This document shows, piece after piece, positions 29,628-40,688 of a stretch of DNA of 64,000 nt. The stretch lies in assembly GCA_016197205.1 (NCBI GenBank), contig JACPWG010000100.1, positions 8,250 through 72,249 of the forward strand, given 5' to 3'. A program made the position numbers and the translations under genes. Origin of the DNA: Planctomycetota bacterium. Lineage in GTDB: Bacteria > Planctomycetota > MHYJ01 > WSZJ01 > JACPWG01. Every line of letters begins with the position of its first letter. Position 1 is the stretch's first letter. The notes beneath the pieces were generated by a model. That model saw nothing but the letters and a program-made list of their open reading frames with translations. It was not told where the DNA came from and did no database searches.

Positions 29628-30517
29628 AGCAGGGGCTGGCGAAGACCCGGAACGCCTTCCGGCGGGTCCGCGACCTCTTTTCCGGCAACCGGGCGATCGA
29701 CGCGAAGCTCCTCGAGGAACTGGAGGAGGTCCTCATCACCTCCGACCTCGGGCTCTCGTCGACCACCATGCTCATCGCCCGCCTGCGCGAGGCCTACCAG
29801 GCCGGCCGCGTGAAGGACACGTCGCAGCTCTACGACTACCTGAAGGTCGAGCTGAAGCAGATGCTCACCCAGGGCGGGAACGTCGTGCGCATGGCGGCCG
29901 AGCCCCCCACCGTGGTGCTGGTCGTGGGCGTGAACGGGAGCGGGAAGACCACGTCGATCGCGAAGCTCGCGAGCTGGTTCACGAAGCAGGGGAAGACGGT
30001 CCTCCTCGCGGCCGGGGACACGTTCCGGGCGGCGGCCATCGAGCAGCTCGCGATCTGGAGCCAGCGCGTCGGCGTGGAGCTGATCCGGCACCAGACGGGC
30101 GCGGACCCGGCCGCCGTCGTTTTCGATGCGGCGCAGGCCGCGGCCGCGCGCAAGGTCGACCTCCTGCTCGTCGATACCGCGGGCCGGCTCCACACGAAGG
30201 CGAACCTGATGAAGGAACTGGAGAAGATGCATGCGGTGCTCGGGCGGAAGATCCCGGGCGCGCCGCACGAAGTGCTCCTCGTCCTCGACGCCACGACGGG
30301 CCAGAACGCCATCAACCAGGCCAAGATCTTCCACGAGGCGACGCGCGTGGACGGCATCTTCCTTTCGAAGCTGGACGGGACGGCCAAGGGCGGCATCGTC
30401 GTCGCGGTGAAGAACGAGATCGGGATCCCGGTGAAGTTCGTCGGCCTCGGCGAGACGCCGGAGGACGTCGAGGCCTTCGACGCAGACAAGTTCGTGGACG
30501 CGCTCTTCGCCGAGTGA
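29600..30517 (+). CDS. ftsY: signal recognition particle receptor
   Basis: NG domain VGVNGSGKTTSIAKLA...LLAAGDTFRAAAIEQL...DTAGRLH...LSKLDGTAKGG. Confidence 0.92.
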   Translation: MFKGVLEKLKQGLAKTRNAFRRVRDLFSGNRAIDAKLLEELEEVLITSDLGLSSTTMLIARLREAYQAGRVKDTSQLYDYLKVELKQMLTQGGNVVRMAAEPPTVVLVVGVNGSGKTTSIAKLASWFTKQGKTVLLAAGDTFRAAAIEQLAIWSQRVGVELIRHQTGADPAAVVFDAAQAAAARKVDLLLVDTAGRLHTKANLMKELEKMHAVLGRKIPGAPHEVLLVLDATTGQNAINQAKIFHEATRVDGIFLSKLDGTAKGGIVVAVKNEIGIPVKFVGLGETPEDVEAFDADKFVDALFAE

Positions 30518-30639
30518 GGAGGTCGGAGGGAGTCGGCGACGAGGCCGAACCACGACGAAACCACAGGTTTCACAGCGCGGCGGGGCCGCAGCCAAGCGAC
30601 GACGGAACCACAGATTTCCCAGCGCAGCCGATGGCCGCA

Positions 30640-30837
30640 ACCAAAGCTCGACGAACCACAGATTTCACAGATTACACAGATTGCGACGATTCTCATATGT
30701 GAAATCTGTGCAATCTGTGACACAAGCTCGCAAAAGCTTGTTTTTCTGGCGACGAATTCTCCGCAGAAAATTCGCGAAATCGGCGAAATGCGCGGTTCGT
30801 CTTTCGGTGTTTTCGGCGTCTTCGGTGGCTCGTCCCT
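30640..30837. repeat. repeat family A copy 1: CACAGAT(T) heptamer/inverted arrays plus a 120-bp core (GTGACACAAGC...GAATTCTCCGCAGAAAATTCGCGAAATCGGCGAAATGCGCGGTTCGTCTTTCGGTGTTTTCGGCGTCTTCGGTGGCTCGTCCC)
   Basis: The core is nearly identical to 36466-36583. Confidence 0.8.
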
Positions 30838-31019
30838 TTGGTTGTGGCCAGCGGCTGCCCTGGGGTTTCGTCGACCCCGGGATCACCGAGAAAGGTTGCA
30901 AAAAAACAAGCTTTTGGGCTGTTGTGTCACAGATTCGGATGCGGTGAGATCTCGAGCAAGCCGTGGTTGCCGTGCGCTCCACTTCTTGGGCGCGGAGCAG
31001 CACCCTTTCAGGGCACCTT

Positions 31020-31643
31020 ATGTTCCGCGAAAAGACGATTCAAGAGTTCGTGACCGCGCTTTCCGCCAAGACCCCGACGCCGGGGGGCGGCACGGCTGCC
31101 GCGGTCGCCGGCGCGTTTGGCGCCGCGCTCGGACACATGGTGGTGCAGTTCTCGGTCGGACGCACCGACCTGGCCCCGTACGAGGGGGACCTCGTGCGAC
31201 GCGGCAAGGAACTGGACGGGTTGTCGAGCGATCTCCTGCGGCTCGCGGACGACGACGCCGCGGCGTACGACGCGTACACGGCTGCCGGGAAGCTCCCCCG
31301 GACCACGCCCGAGGAAAAGGAGGCGCGCCGCGCCGCGCGTGAGGCCGCGCTCCGGCGCGCGCTCGAGGTCCCATTGGAGGGGATGCGCAAGGCGCTGGCC
31401 GTGCTGCGGGCGGTGCACTTCCTCGCCGCCCGCTCGAACCCGCACCTCGCGAGCGACGTCGGCGTCGGCGGGCTCCTCGCGTTCGCGGCACTTCGCGGCT
31501 GCCGGTTCAATGTCGACACGAACCTCGCCTCGCTCGCGGACGCCTCGGGGACCGGCCCCGTGCGCGAGGAGGCCGACAAGCTGGAAGCGGACGCGGGCAA
31601 GCTGCACGAGGACCTGCTGGCTCGACTCCGGCCGAGGGCCTAG
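31020..31643 (+). CDS. cyclodeaminase/cyclohydrolase family protein (methenyl-THF cyclohydrolase / FtcD C-terminal-like)
   Basis: MFREKTIQEFVTALSAKTPTPGGGTAAAVAGAFGAALGHMV is the family N-terminus. Confidence 0.8.
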   Translation: MFREKTIQEFVTALSAKTPTPGGGTAAAVAGAFGAALGHMVVQFSVGRTDLAPYEGDLVRRGKELDGLSSDLLRLADDDAAAYDAYTAAGKLPRTTPEEKEARRAAREAALRRALEVPLEGMRKALAVLRAVHFLAARSNPHLASDVGVGGLLAFAALRGCRFNVDTNLASLADASGTGPVREEADKLEADAGKLHEDLLARLRPRA

Positions 31644-31644
31644 T

Positions 31645-31769
31645 GGCCCGTTGACGAAGTCCAGGCACGATGCCCGGGGGCGCGGGCCTCCGGCCCGCGC
31701 GAACGGCCGCATGGGTTACGACCCGCCGTGACAGAATGGACGACTGTGTCCGAAGTTCGTCAACGGGCC
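31645..31769 (+). mobile_element. MITE-like element with perfect 16-bp TIRs GGCCCGTTGACGAAGT (copy 2)
   Basis: Inserted in the 145-bp spacer between the cyclodeaminase gene and purN. About 95% identical to 7973-8097. Confidence 0.8.
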
Positions 31770-31788
31770 ACCAGCAGCAAGAGGTCGC

Positions 31789-32424
31789 ATGCCCATCGCG
31801 GAGCCGCTCCGCCTCGCGGTCCTTCTCTCGGGCTCGGGTCGCACCCTGCAAAACCTGATCGACCGGATTGCCGCCGGCCGGCTGGCGGCGCGCATCGTCC
31901 AGGTCGTTGGGTCCCGGGCCGACGCCTACGGCCTCGAGCGTGCCCGTCGCGCCGAAATTCCCGCTTCGTGCGTCCCGCGCAAGGCCCACCCCGACGACGC
32001 TTCCTTCGGCCACGCGATCGACGAGGCGCTTCGCACCAGCCCGTTCGACCTGCTCGTGCTGGCGGGCTTTCTCCACTATTACTGCGTGCCGCCCGCCCTC
32101 TCCGGTCGCGTGCTCAACATCCATCCCGCGCTGCTGCCGGCCTTCGGCGGCAAGGGCTATTACGGGGACCGCGTCCACCGGGCGGTCCTGGAGTCCGGGG
32201 CGCGCGTGAGCGGCTGCACCGTGCACTTCGTGGACGACCAGTACGACCACGGCGCGATCGTTCTGCAGAGAGTCTGCCCGGTCCTCGACGACGACAGCGT
32301 AGAGAGCCTCGGCGCACGGGTCTTCGCGGAAGAGTGCGAGGCGCTGCCGGAGGCGATCCGACTCTTCGGGGAGGGCCGGCTCCGCATCGAGGGCCGGCGC
32401 GTGCGGCTGCTCCCGGCCCGGTAA
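31789..32424 (+). CDS. purN: phosphoribosylglycinamide formyltransferase
   Basis: LRLAVLLSGSGRTLQNL...LVLAGFL...NIHPALLPAFGGKGYYGDRVH... Confidence 0.9.
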   Translation: MPIAEPLRLAVLLSGSGRTLQNLIDRIAAGRLAARIVQVVGSRADAYGLERARRAEIPASCVPRKAHPDDASFGHAIDEALRTSPFDLLVLAGFLHYYCVPPALSGRVLNIHPALLPAFGGKGYYGDRVHRAVLESGARVSGCTVHFVDDQYDHGAIVLQRVCPVLDDDSVESLGARVFAEECEALPEAIRLFGEGRLRIEGRRVRLLPAR

Positions 32425-32511
32425 TACGCGCCGCGCGAAGGTCGCGAGGACAGCCGACCCCGAAATCGTTGTTCCGACACGCGTAAGCGCGGTCCCCGCC
32501 CGGCCCGCAGG

Positions 32512-32550
32512 CTCGATTTTTCTTGAAAATCGAGGGGCGCTTGCTATACT
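32512..32550 (+). promoter_or_regulatory. putative promoter (TTGAAA ... TGCTATACT extended -10) overlapping the palindrome CTCGATTTT-TCTTG-AAAATCGAG
   Basis: Hexamers at 32524-32529 and 32545-32550, with the TGn at 32542-32543. The palindrome at 32512-32534 covers the -35. Lies about 260 nt upstream of the gene at 32814. Confidence 0.3.
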
Positions 32551-32813
32551 CGCGCCGCCTCCGACGCAGGAGGGGGTGTCGTCTTTCCCGGGGGACAGCG
32601 GGGACCAGGCAATGGGCCGGGAGCCGTGATCCGTTGCGCGGAGGCGCAAACGTTCCCGGTCGATGGCGACGCGCTTTCCCGGTGGAGGAGACGGTCGGGC
32701 CTGCGCCCCGAAGCTCGCGGGAGCGAGCGGAGGGGGGGGTGAGGGGTGCCACGGGCGTCCGGCCCATGGCCGACTTTGGTTGCGGTTACGAGCGTTAGGA
32801 AGGAGAGACGGGT

Positions 32814-33647
32814 ATGCTGATGCTATTTGGGAACGTGAGGGCGAGCACGATGTCCTCTGTTCTCCAAATCGCCGCCTATGCCTTCGTCATCATCGGCGCC
32901 GTGGTGCCGGCCACCTTCCTTTCGCTTTCGAAGGCCCCGCAGATCGACACGCAGGCCGAGGTCCTACTCTGCCTGTTCGGCTTCGGGTGCCTCGCCGCCG
33001 CGCTGGTCCTCTTCGGGCTGGGCGTCGGGATGCAGGAGGTCGAGCGACTGCGCGGCACCGTCGAGGGCAGTCTGGAGTCCATGTCCTCGTTCGGCGGCTC
33101 GGCGCCGGCCGCCAGCCCGCGCGCTTCCACGCCGAAGGAACGGGAAGACCTGGAGAGGCTTGAGGCGAAGCAGGCAATGGACGCCGTCAAGACCTACATC
33201 GACTTGGAAATGTGGGTCCTCGCGCTCCAGAAAGCGGAGGACCTGACCCAGAAGTTCCCGAAGAGCCCCGAGGCGGAGAAGGTCCGCAAGAACATCGACC
33301 AGATCCGCAAGCGCGTCGAGGAGACCCGGGTGCCTGCCGGCGCCAAGGCGCCCGCACCGGCGGCCCCGGCCCCGTCCGGCGGACCCAGCGGCAGCGGCGC
33401 CGCCGCGGCCATCGCGAAGATGGCCCCGAAGGTACTCGCCGCCGCGCCCAGGCCGGTGCCGGCGAAGCCCGCGCCCAAACCCGCGGCGCCGGAGAAGAAG
33501 GCCGAGCCCGCCCCTGCGCCGGCCACGCCCGCGGCCGAGTCCAAGCCTGCGGATGCAGCACCTGCTGCCACCCCCGCCGCCGAAGCCAAGAAGGAAGAGG
33601 CCCCCAAGCCGCCCGAGGCCCCGTCGACGCCGGCCCCAGCGCCGTAA
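32814..33647 (+). CDS. membrane protein with coiled-coil region and Ala/Pro/Lys-rich C-terminal tail
   Basis: Strong RBS AAGGAGAG 6 nt upstream. Two TM helices, then a long AP-rich low-complexity tail. Confidence 0.5.
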   Translation: MLMLFGNVRASTMSSVLQIAAYAFVIIGAVVPATFLSLSKAPQIDTQAEVLLCLFGFGCLAAALVLFGLGVGMQEVERLRGTVEGSLESMSSFGGSAPAASPRASTPKEREDLERLEAKQAMDAVKTYIDLEMWVLALQKAEDLTQKFPKSPEAEKVRKNIDQIRKRVEETRVPAGAKAPAPAAPAPSGGPSGSGAAAAIAKMAPKVLAAAPRPVPAKPAPKPAAPEKKAEPAPAPATPAAESKPADAAPAATPAAEAKKEEAPKPPEAPSTPAPAP

Positions 33648-33764
33648 CGCGAACCCGGAGAGCGACACGCACCCGCGTCCTGTCCGCGGCCGCAAGCACG
33701 CTCGGAAAATCCGCGCGGGGACGCGGAGAGAGCCTCTTCGCCCCTCGAGCACGCTTCCTGGGCT

Positions 33765-33873
33765 CGCGGACTCTGAGCCTTGAACTTTGAGCCTTGTCTG
33801 AACATTGAGCCTTGAGCCTGTTCCCGAGGAACTCCCTGGTTTCCGAACTGCATGAGTTGATTTTTTACGGGCT
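33765..33873 (+). repeat. E-family (TGAGCC-rich) repeat, partial copy E4
   Basis: Aligns to the 3' half of 42499-42709 (GACTCTGAGCCTTGAACTTTGAGCCTTGTCTGAA...CCCTGGTTTCCGA...TTTTTACGGGC). Confidence 0.7.
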
Positions 33874-36269
<2,396 letters not shown>

Positions 36270-36399
36270 GCCATGTCTCCGTGTCGGCGCGGCAACGCCG
36301 TGCCATTTCGATTCACCGCGCATCCTCCGCGTCTCTGCGCTGCGATCCCGTGAAAGTTCGTGTTCTTGCGACAATTCTGCGCTGCTCGAACGCCACGAA

Positions 36400-36583
36400 A
36401 AGCACGGATTTCACAGATTCAACGAGATTACCCCGATTACGAATCTGTGAAATCGTCGTCAATCCGTGACACAAGCCGGCAAAAACTTTTTTTCCGGCAA
36501 CGAATTCTCCGCAGAAAATTCGCGAAATCGGCGAAATGCGCGGTTCGTCTTTCGGTGTTTTCGGCGTCTTCGGTGGCTCGTCC
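36400..36583. repeat. repeat family A copy 2 (CACAGATT inverted arrays plus the 120-bp core)
   Basis: Core 36466-36583 matches 30717-30837. Confidence 0.8.
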
Positions 36584-36694
36584 CTTAGGGTTGCGGTCGT
36601 CGGCTGCACTGGGAAATCCGTGGTTCCGTCGTCGCCGGGCTGCAGCCCAGCCGCGCACTGTCTCTGCGGTTACGGGGCCTCTTCTCCATCGACC

Positions 36695-37615
36695 CTACGC
36701 CGGTGCCTGCCCCTCGGGCGCGGGGACGATCCGGTTGCGCCCGCCCGACTTCGCGCGGTACAGGTTCCGGTCCGCGGCTTCGATCAACTCCTTCTCCCCC
36801 GAGGCGTCCTCGGGAAATGACGCGACCCCGCCGCTCACGCTCACGCGCCCGAGCGGCTGGGTCTTGCCGCCCGCGAATTCCGCGGCCTCGACCTTCTTGC
36901 GCACCGCTTCGGCGAAGTGCACGGCGTCCTCGCTGGAGGCGCCGTAGAGGAGGCCGACGAACTCCTCGCCTCCGTACCGGGCGATGATGTCGCCGCGCCG
37001 GCCTGCGCCCTTCACGAGGGAGGCCACCTTGACCAGCGCGACGTTCCCCTCTTCGTGGCCGTTCACGTCATTGTAGTGCTTGAAGTGGTCGATGTCGAAG
37101 ATCACGAGGGAGACATGGTCACCGGTATGGTCCGCGCGCTCGAGCTCGAGGCGCAGGCGTTCCTTGAAGAAGCCGAAGTTGTAGAGCCGGGTCAGGGAGT
37201 CGACGATCGCCCGATCGTGGACGCGCGTCACCCGTTCCGTGAGGCTGCGGACGCGCTCGACCTGGAGGCAGAAGAGCGATTCGAGAATCTCGGGCCGGCG
37301 CCGGAAGGTCGCGCGAAACTCGGCGGCCGGGACGCGCAGCAGGCGGCATTCGGTACGCGCCCGGACGGTGGCCGACCGCGCGCGCCCGTCGAGGCTCGCC
37401 AGCTCCCCCACCACGGCGCCGGGTTCGAGGATGCGCAGCACGATGACGTCGCCGCTCTCCGTCGCATGCGTCACCTCCAGGTTCCCTTGGAGGAGGAGTA
37501 CGACCTGGTCGCTCGGGTCCCCTTCCTTCCAGAGAACGACCCCGGCGGCCAGCGTCGACTCGACGCCGATGCTTGCGAACTCCGAAAAATATTCAGGCAG
37601 CCGCTCGTCACCCAT
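36695..37615 (-). CDS. cyclic-nucleotide-binding domain fused to GGDEF diguanylate cyclase
   Basis: The cNMP-binding part is VVLWKEGDPSDQVVLLLQGNLEV...GAVVGELASLDGRARSATVRA. The GGDEF part has RYGGEEF. Confidence 0.85.
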   Translation of the reverse strand: MGDERLPEYFSEFASIGVESTLAAGVVLWKEGDPSDQVVLLLQGNLEVTHATESGDVIVLRILEPGAVVGELASLDGRARSATVRARTECRLLRVPAAEFRATFRRRPEILESLFCLQVERVRSLTERVTRVHDRAIVDSLTRLYNFGFFKERLRLELERADHTGDHVSLVIFDIDHFKHYNDVNGHEEGNVALVKVASLVKGAGRRGDIIARYGGEEFVGLLYGASSEDAVHFAEAVRKKVEAAEFAGGKTQPLGRVSVSGGVASFPEDASGEKELIEAADRNLYRAKSGGRNRIVPAPEGQAPA

Positions 37616-37684
37616 GGTCCGCCATCTCTTCGTCCGGCTCAGCCTCGGAGCTTGCCTGGGAGCAAACACGCTCGCCGGCGCGGC

Positions 37685-40138
37685 TCACTTCTCGTGGAAC
37701 GTCCACACGCCGTCCCAGTCCTCCGGCGGGGCTTCCCGGAGGAAGTGCTCACAACGGCCCACGTACAGCTTCGACACCTCGTCCCCCGGGTGGAGCCGGC
37801 CGGCGTCCGCGAAGCAGACCCGGGCGCGCGTCCAGTCCCGGGCGCGGTAGGACGCGAGCCCGGCATGGTGCGCGGCGAGAACCTCCGCCATCCGCGGAAA
37901 CGACTCCTCGTCCCTGCCGTCCAGGATCTCGAAGATCCCCACCGGCTGGGTCTTCCCCTTCACGCGGATCCGGTCGATCTCGCGCGTCCGGTGGGGCTTC
38001 ACGAAATCGCCGACGGTGAACTCGGTCGCGAGGATTTCCGTGCCGTAGCGCTTGTTCGCCCCTTCCAGGCGCGACGCCAGGTTCACGCCGTCCCCGACGA
38101 CCGTGTATTCCATCCGCTTGGGCGAACCGATGTTCCCCGAGACCACTTCGCCCGTGTTGATCCCGATGTGGGTCACGAGCGGGGTCCTGCCCTCGGCGGC
38201 GAAAGAGCGATTCAGGGGGCGGATGGCCCGCAGCATGCCCACGGCGGCGTCGACCGCGTGGTCGGCATCCTCGGGGCCGGCGAAGGGCACGCCGAAGACC
38301 GCCATGAGCGCGTCGCCGATGTACTTGTCGAGCACGCCCCCCTTTTCGAGCACCACGTCCACCAGGCGACTGAAGTAACTGTTCAGCATGCCGACCGTCC
38401 CCTGCGGTCCGATCCGTTCGGCGATTTGCGTGAAGTCCCGGATATCGCTGAAGAGGATGGTCGCGCGCAGGACCTTCCCGCCGAGCGCGCCCTCCCCCTC
38501 GGCCAGCAGCCGATCCGCGAGTTCCTTCGACATGTACCTCGCCATGGTGCTGCGTAAGCGCTTCTCCCGGGTCAGGTCCTCGAGCAGGAGGAGGCAGCCG
38601 GCCCGCGCCTCCCGGCGCTCCCCCAGCGGCACGACGGTGAGGTTCAAGGACGCGGAGCCGACCGGCCCGTCCCCGACCTCGCGCGCCCCGCCGCCCGCCT
38701 CGCGGCCCGCGGAGGACGCGGGCGTCGAAGTCGCGCGCCGCGACCAGGAGAGCGCCAGCTCGACATCGACGGCGACCTGCGGCTCCCCTTGACGTTCCAT
38801 CGCCTCGATGCTGCGGACGACCCAGGCGTTGTCCCCGTCGAAGAACTCCCGCGCCGCGCGGCCGAGCATCGCCTGCGGCGCGGATTCCAGGCCCGTGAGG
38901 CGGAGCGCCGCACGGTTCGCTTTCACGATCCGGCCGTCCGCATCGAGCGTGATGACGCCGTTCGTCATGCTCTCCAGGATCCCCTCGTTGTAGCGGTGCA
39001 GCGAGAGGAGGTCCTCGAAGTGCTGGGCGTTCTGGAGGGCGATCGAGGCCTGGGCGCAGAACCCGCGCAGCCGGTCCTCGTCCGAGGCGGTGAACACGCC
39101 CCCCTTCTTGTTCAGCACCTGGATGACCGCGGAGACCTGGTCGTCCCGATTCACGACCGGCATGGAGAGGATGCTCCTCGTCCTGCCGTGCGTGAGCTGG
39201 TCCATCTCGGGGCTGAACCGGGGGTCCAGATAGGCATCCGCGACATTGACCGTCTCCCGGCGGGCGAAGGTGCTGCCGAGGAGGCCCTGGTCCGCGGGGA
39301 AGCGCGCGTTCTGCAAGGCCGCGTCCTCGGCCACGCGGGCCCACAGCTCCTTTTTTTTCGGATCATACATGAAGAGCGTGGCCTTTTCGGCGTCGAGGAT
39401 GCCCTTGACCGACTCCATGATTTTCTGGAGCAGCGGCTCGAGCTGCAGCTCGCGTGCGAGCGCGGAGGTGACCTCCAGGAGCTTGCTCTCCTCCTCGCGC
39501 GCGCGGACGACCTCCTCGTGGAGCTGGGCATTCACGAAGGCCGAGCTGGCCTGGGCGGTGAGCGCGGCGAGGACCTCCACGTCCCGATCGTCGAAGGGGC
39601 CGGACCGTTTGTTCAGGACCTGGGCGACGCCGATCACGACGCCGCCGGCCTCGGCGGAGCAGCGGATGGGGACACAGAGGATGTTGCGCGTGCGATAGCC
39701 GGTCGCGCGGTCCACGGCGGGGTTGAATCGCGGGTCCGCGTAGGCGTCGGGAATGAGGAGGGGCGTGCCGCTCGTGAAGACCGCGCCGGCGATGCCGCGG
39801 TCGCTGGGAAAGCGGATGCACGACATGAGCGGGTCCCCGGAGGCGCGCGTGTACAGTTCCCCGGTGCGCCGGTCCCGGAGGAAGATCGTGCAACGCTCCG
39901 AATCGAGGAACTCCATCACGAGCCCGGTGAGGCGGCCGAGGAGGACGTTGACGGACATGGAGTCCGAGACGTTGCGGGAGACCTCGAGGAGGGAGGACAT
40001 GCGGACGAGGAGCGCGGAGAGCTTGTCCAGGAAATCGTTCTGGTCCTTGCGGACCAGCGACTCGAGCGTGCCGCGCAGGGAGTCCGCCTGGGGACGCTGC
40101 GCGACGATCCGCCCGAGGACATCCAACTCGTTCGTCAA
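37685..40138 (-). CDS. GAF-GAF-PAS sensor adenylate/guanylate cyclase (class III), TTG start with GGAG RBS
   Basis: Two GAF domains, a PAS domain, then the cyclase (FSDIRDFTQIAE...KYIGDALMAVFG...GDGVNLASRLE). Confidence 0.88.
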   Translation of the reverse strand: MTNELDVLGRIVAQRPQADSLRGTLESLVRKDQNDFLDKLSALLVRMSSLLEVSRNVSDSMSVNVLLGRLTGLVMEFLDSERCTIFLRDRRTGELYTRASGDPLMSCIRFPSDRGIAGAVFTSGTPLLIPDAYADPRFNPAVDRATGYRTRNILCVPIRCSAEAGGVVIGVAQVLNKRSGPFDDRDVEVLAALTAQASSAFVNAQLHEEVVRAREEESKLLEVTSALARELQLEPLLQKIMESVKGILDAEKATLFMYDPKKKELWARVAEDAALQNARFPADQGLLGSTFARRETVNVADAYLDPRFSPEMDQLTHGRTRSILSMPVVNRDDQVSAVIQVLNKKGGVFTASDEDRLRGFCAQASIALQNAQHFEDLLSLHRYNEGILESMTNGVITLDADGRIVKANRAALRLTGLESAPQAMLGRAAREFFDGDNAWVVRSIEAMERQGEPQVAVDVELALSWSRRATSTPASSAGREAGGGAREVGDGPVGSASLNLTVVPLGERREARAGCLLLLEDLTREKRLRSTMARYMSKELADRLLAEGEGALGGKVLRATILFSDIRDFTQIAERIGPQGTVGMLNSYFSRLVDVVLEKGGVLDKYIGDALMAVFGVPFAGPEDADHAVDAAVGMLRAIRPLNRSFAAEGRTPLVTHIGINTGEVVSGNIGSPKRMEYTVVGDGVNLASRLEGANKRYGTEILATEFTVGDFVKPHRTREIDRIRVKGKTQPVGIFEILDGRDEESFPRMAEVLAAHHAGLASYRARDWTRARVCFADAGRLHPGDEVSKLYVGRCEHFLREAPPEDWDGVWTFHEK

Positions 40139-40307
40139 GCTCGGCGCTCCGTTTTGGGTTCCGCACCCGAGACGTGGAGGACTTGCCGGTCCCCGCCCGT
40201 CGCTCGGGGCGCGTGCGGAGAAGGCATGGGCAGGCGGACGGGATTGTAACGCGTGCGGGCGCCGGGAGGCAAGGTGAAGTTGCGGCGCCGGGGCGGCGCC
40301 GGAGCGA

Positions 40308-40494
40308 GGCTTAGGGCCCGTAAAGGAACAAGTCAGGCAACTCGGAAACCGTGGACTTCCTCAGGAAAAGGCTCAAGGCTCAATGATCAATTTTCAGGCA
40401 AGGCTCAAAGTTCAAGGTTCAGAGTCCGCGATTCCGTGCCCGGGCTACGTTCCGAGGTGGTCTTTGAGAATTGAACCTTGAGCATTGAAAATTC
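40308..40494 (+). repeat. E-family repeat copy E1 (head TTAGGGCCCGTAAAGGAAC)
   Basis: Shares blocks with 42499-42709(-), 52378-52582(-) and 33765-33873. Confidence 0.8.
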
Positions 40495-40504
40495 TTGTCG
40501 TCTC

Positions 40505-40550
40505 CCTGCGCGTCAAACGAGCACGTTATTTTCTTCAACAAGCCGAAATG
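40505..40550 (-). repeat. 46-bp motif GAAGAAAATAACGTGCTCGTTTGACGCGCAGGGAGACG (copy 1)
   Basis: Also present at 42187-42235(+) and 52328-52376(+). Confidence 0.7.
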
Positions 40551-40603
40551 AAGCTAAAATCGATCTCTCAGTGCGTTGCCCGCGATTATCGCCGGTAGAG
40601 GAG

Positions 40604-40688
40604 GGTGGACTCGGCGCCCGGCCTCTGCGTCTCCGCGTCTCTGTGTAAAAGTCCCGCATTCGACCCACACGGCCGGTCCGAATTTCAA
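40604..40688 (-). repeat. Rpt200 partial copy (3' 85 bp), supplying the stop codon of the gene at 40685-41692
   Basis: The rc matches TTGAAATTCGACCCGGCCGCGTGGGGCGAATGCGAGACTTTTACACAGAGACGCGGAGACGCAGAGGCCGGGCGCCGAGTCCACC. Confidence 0.8.
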
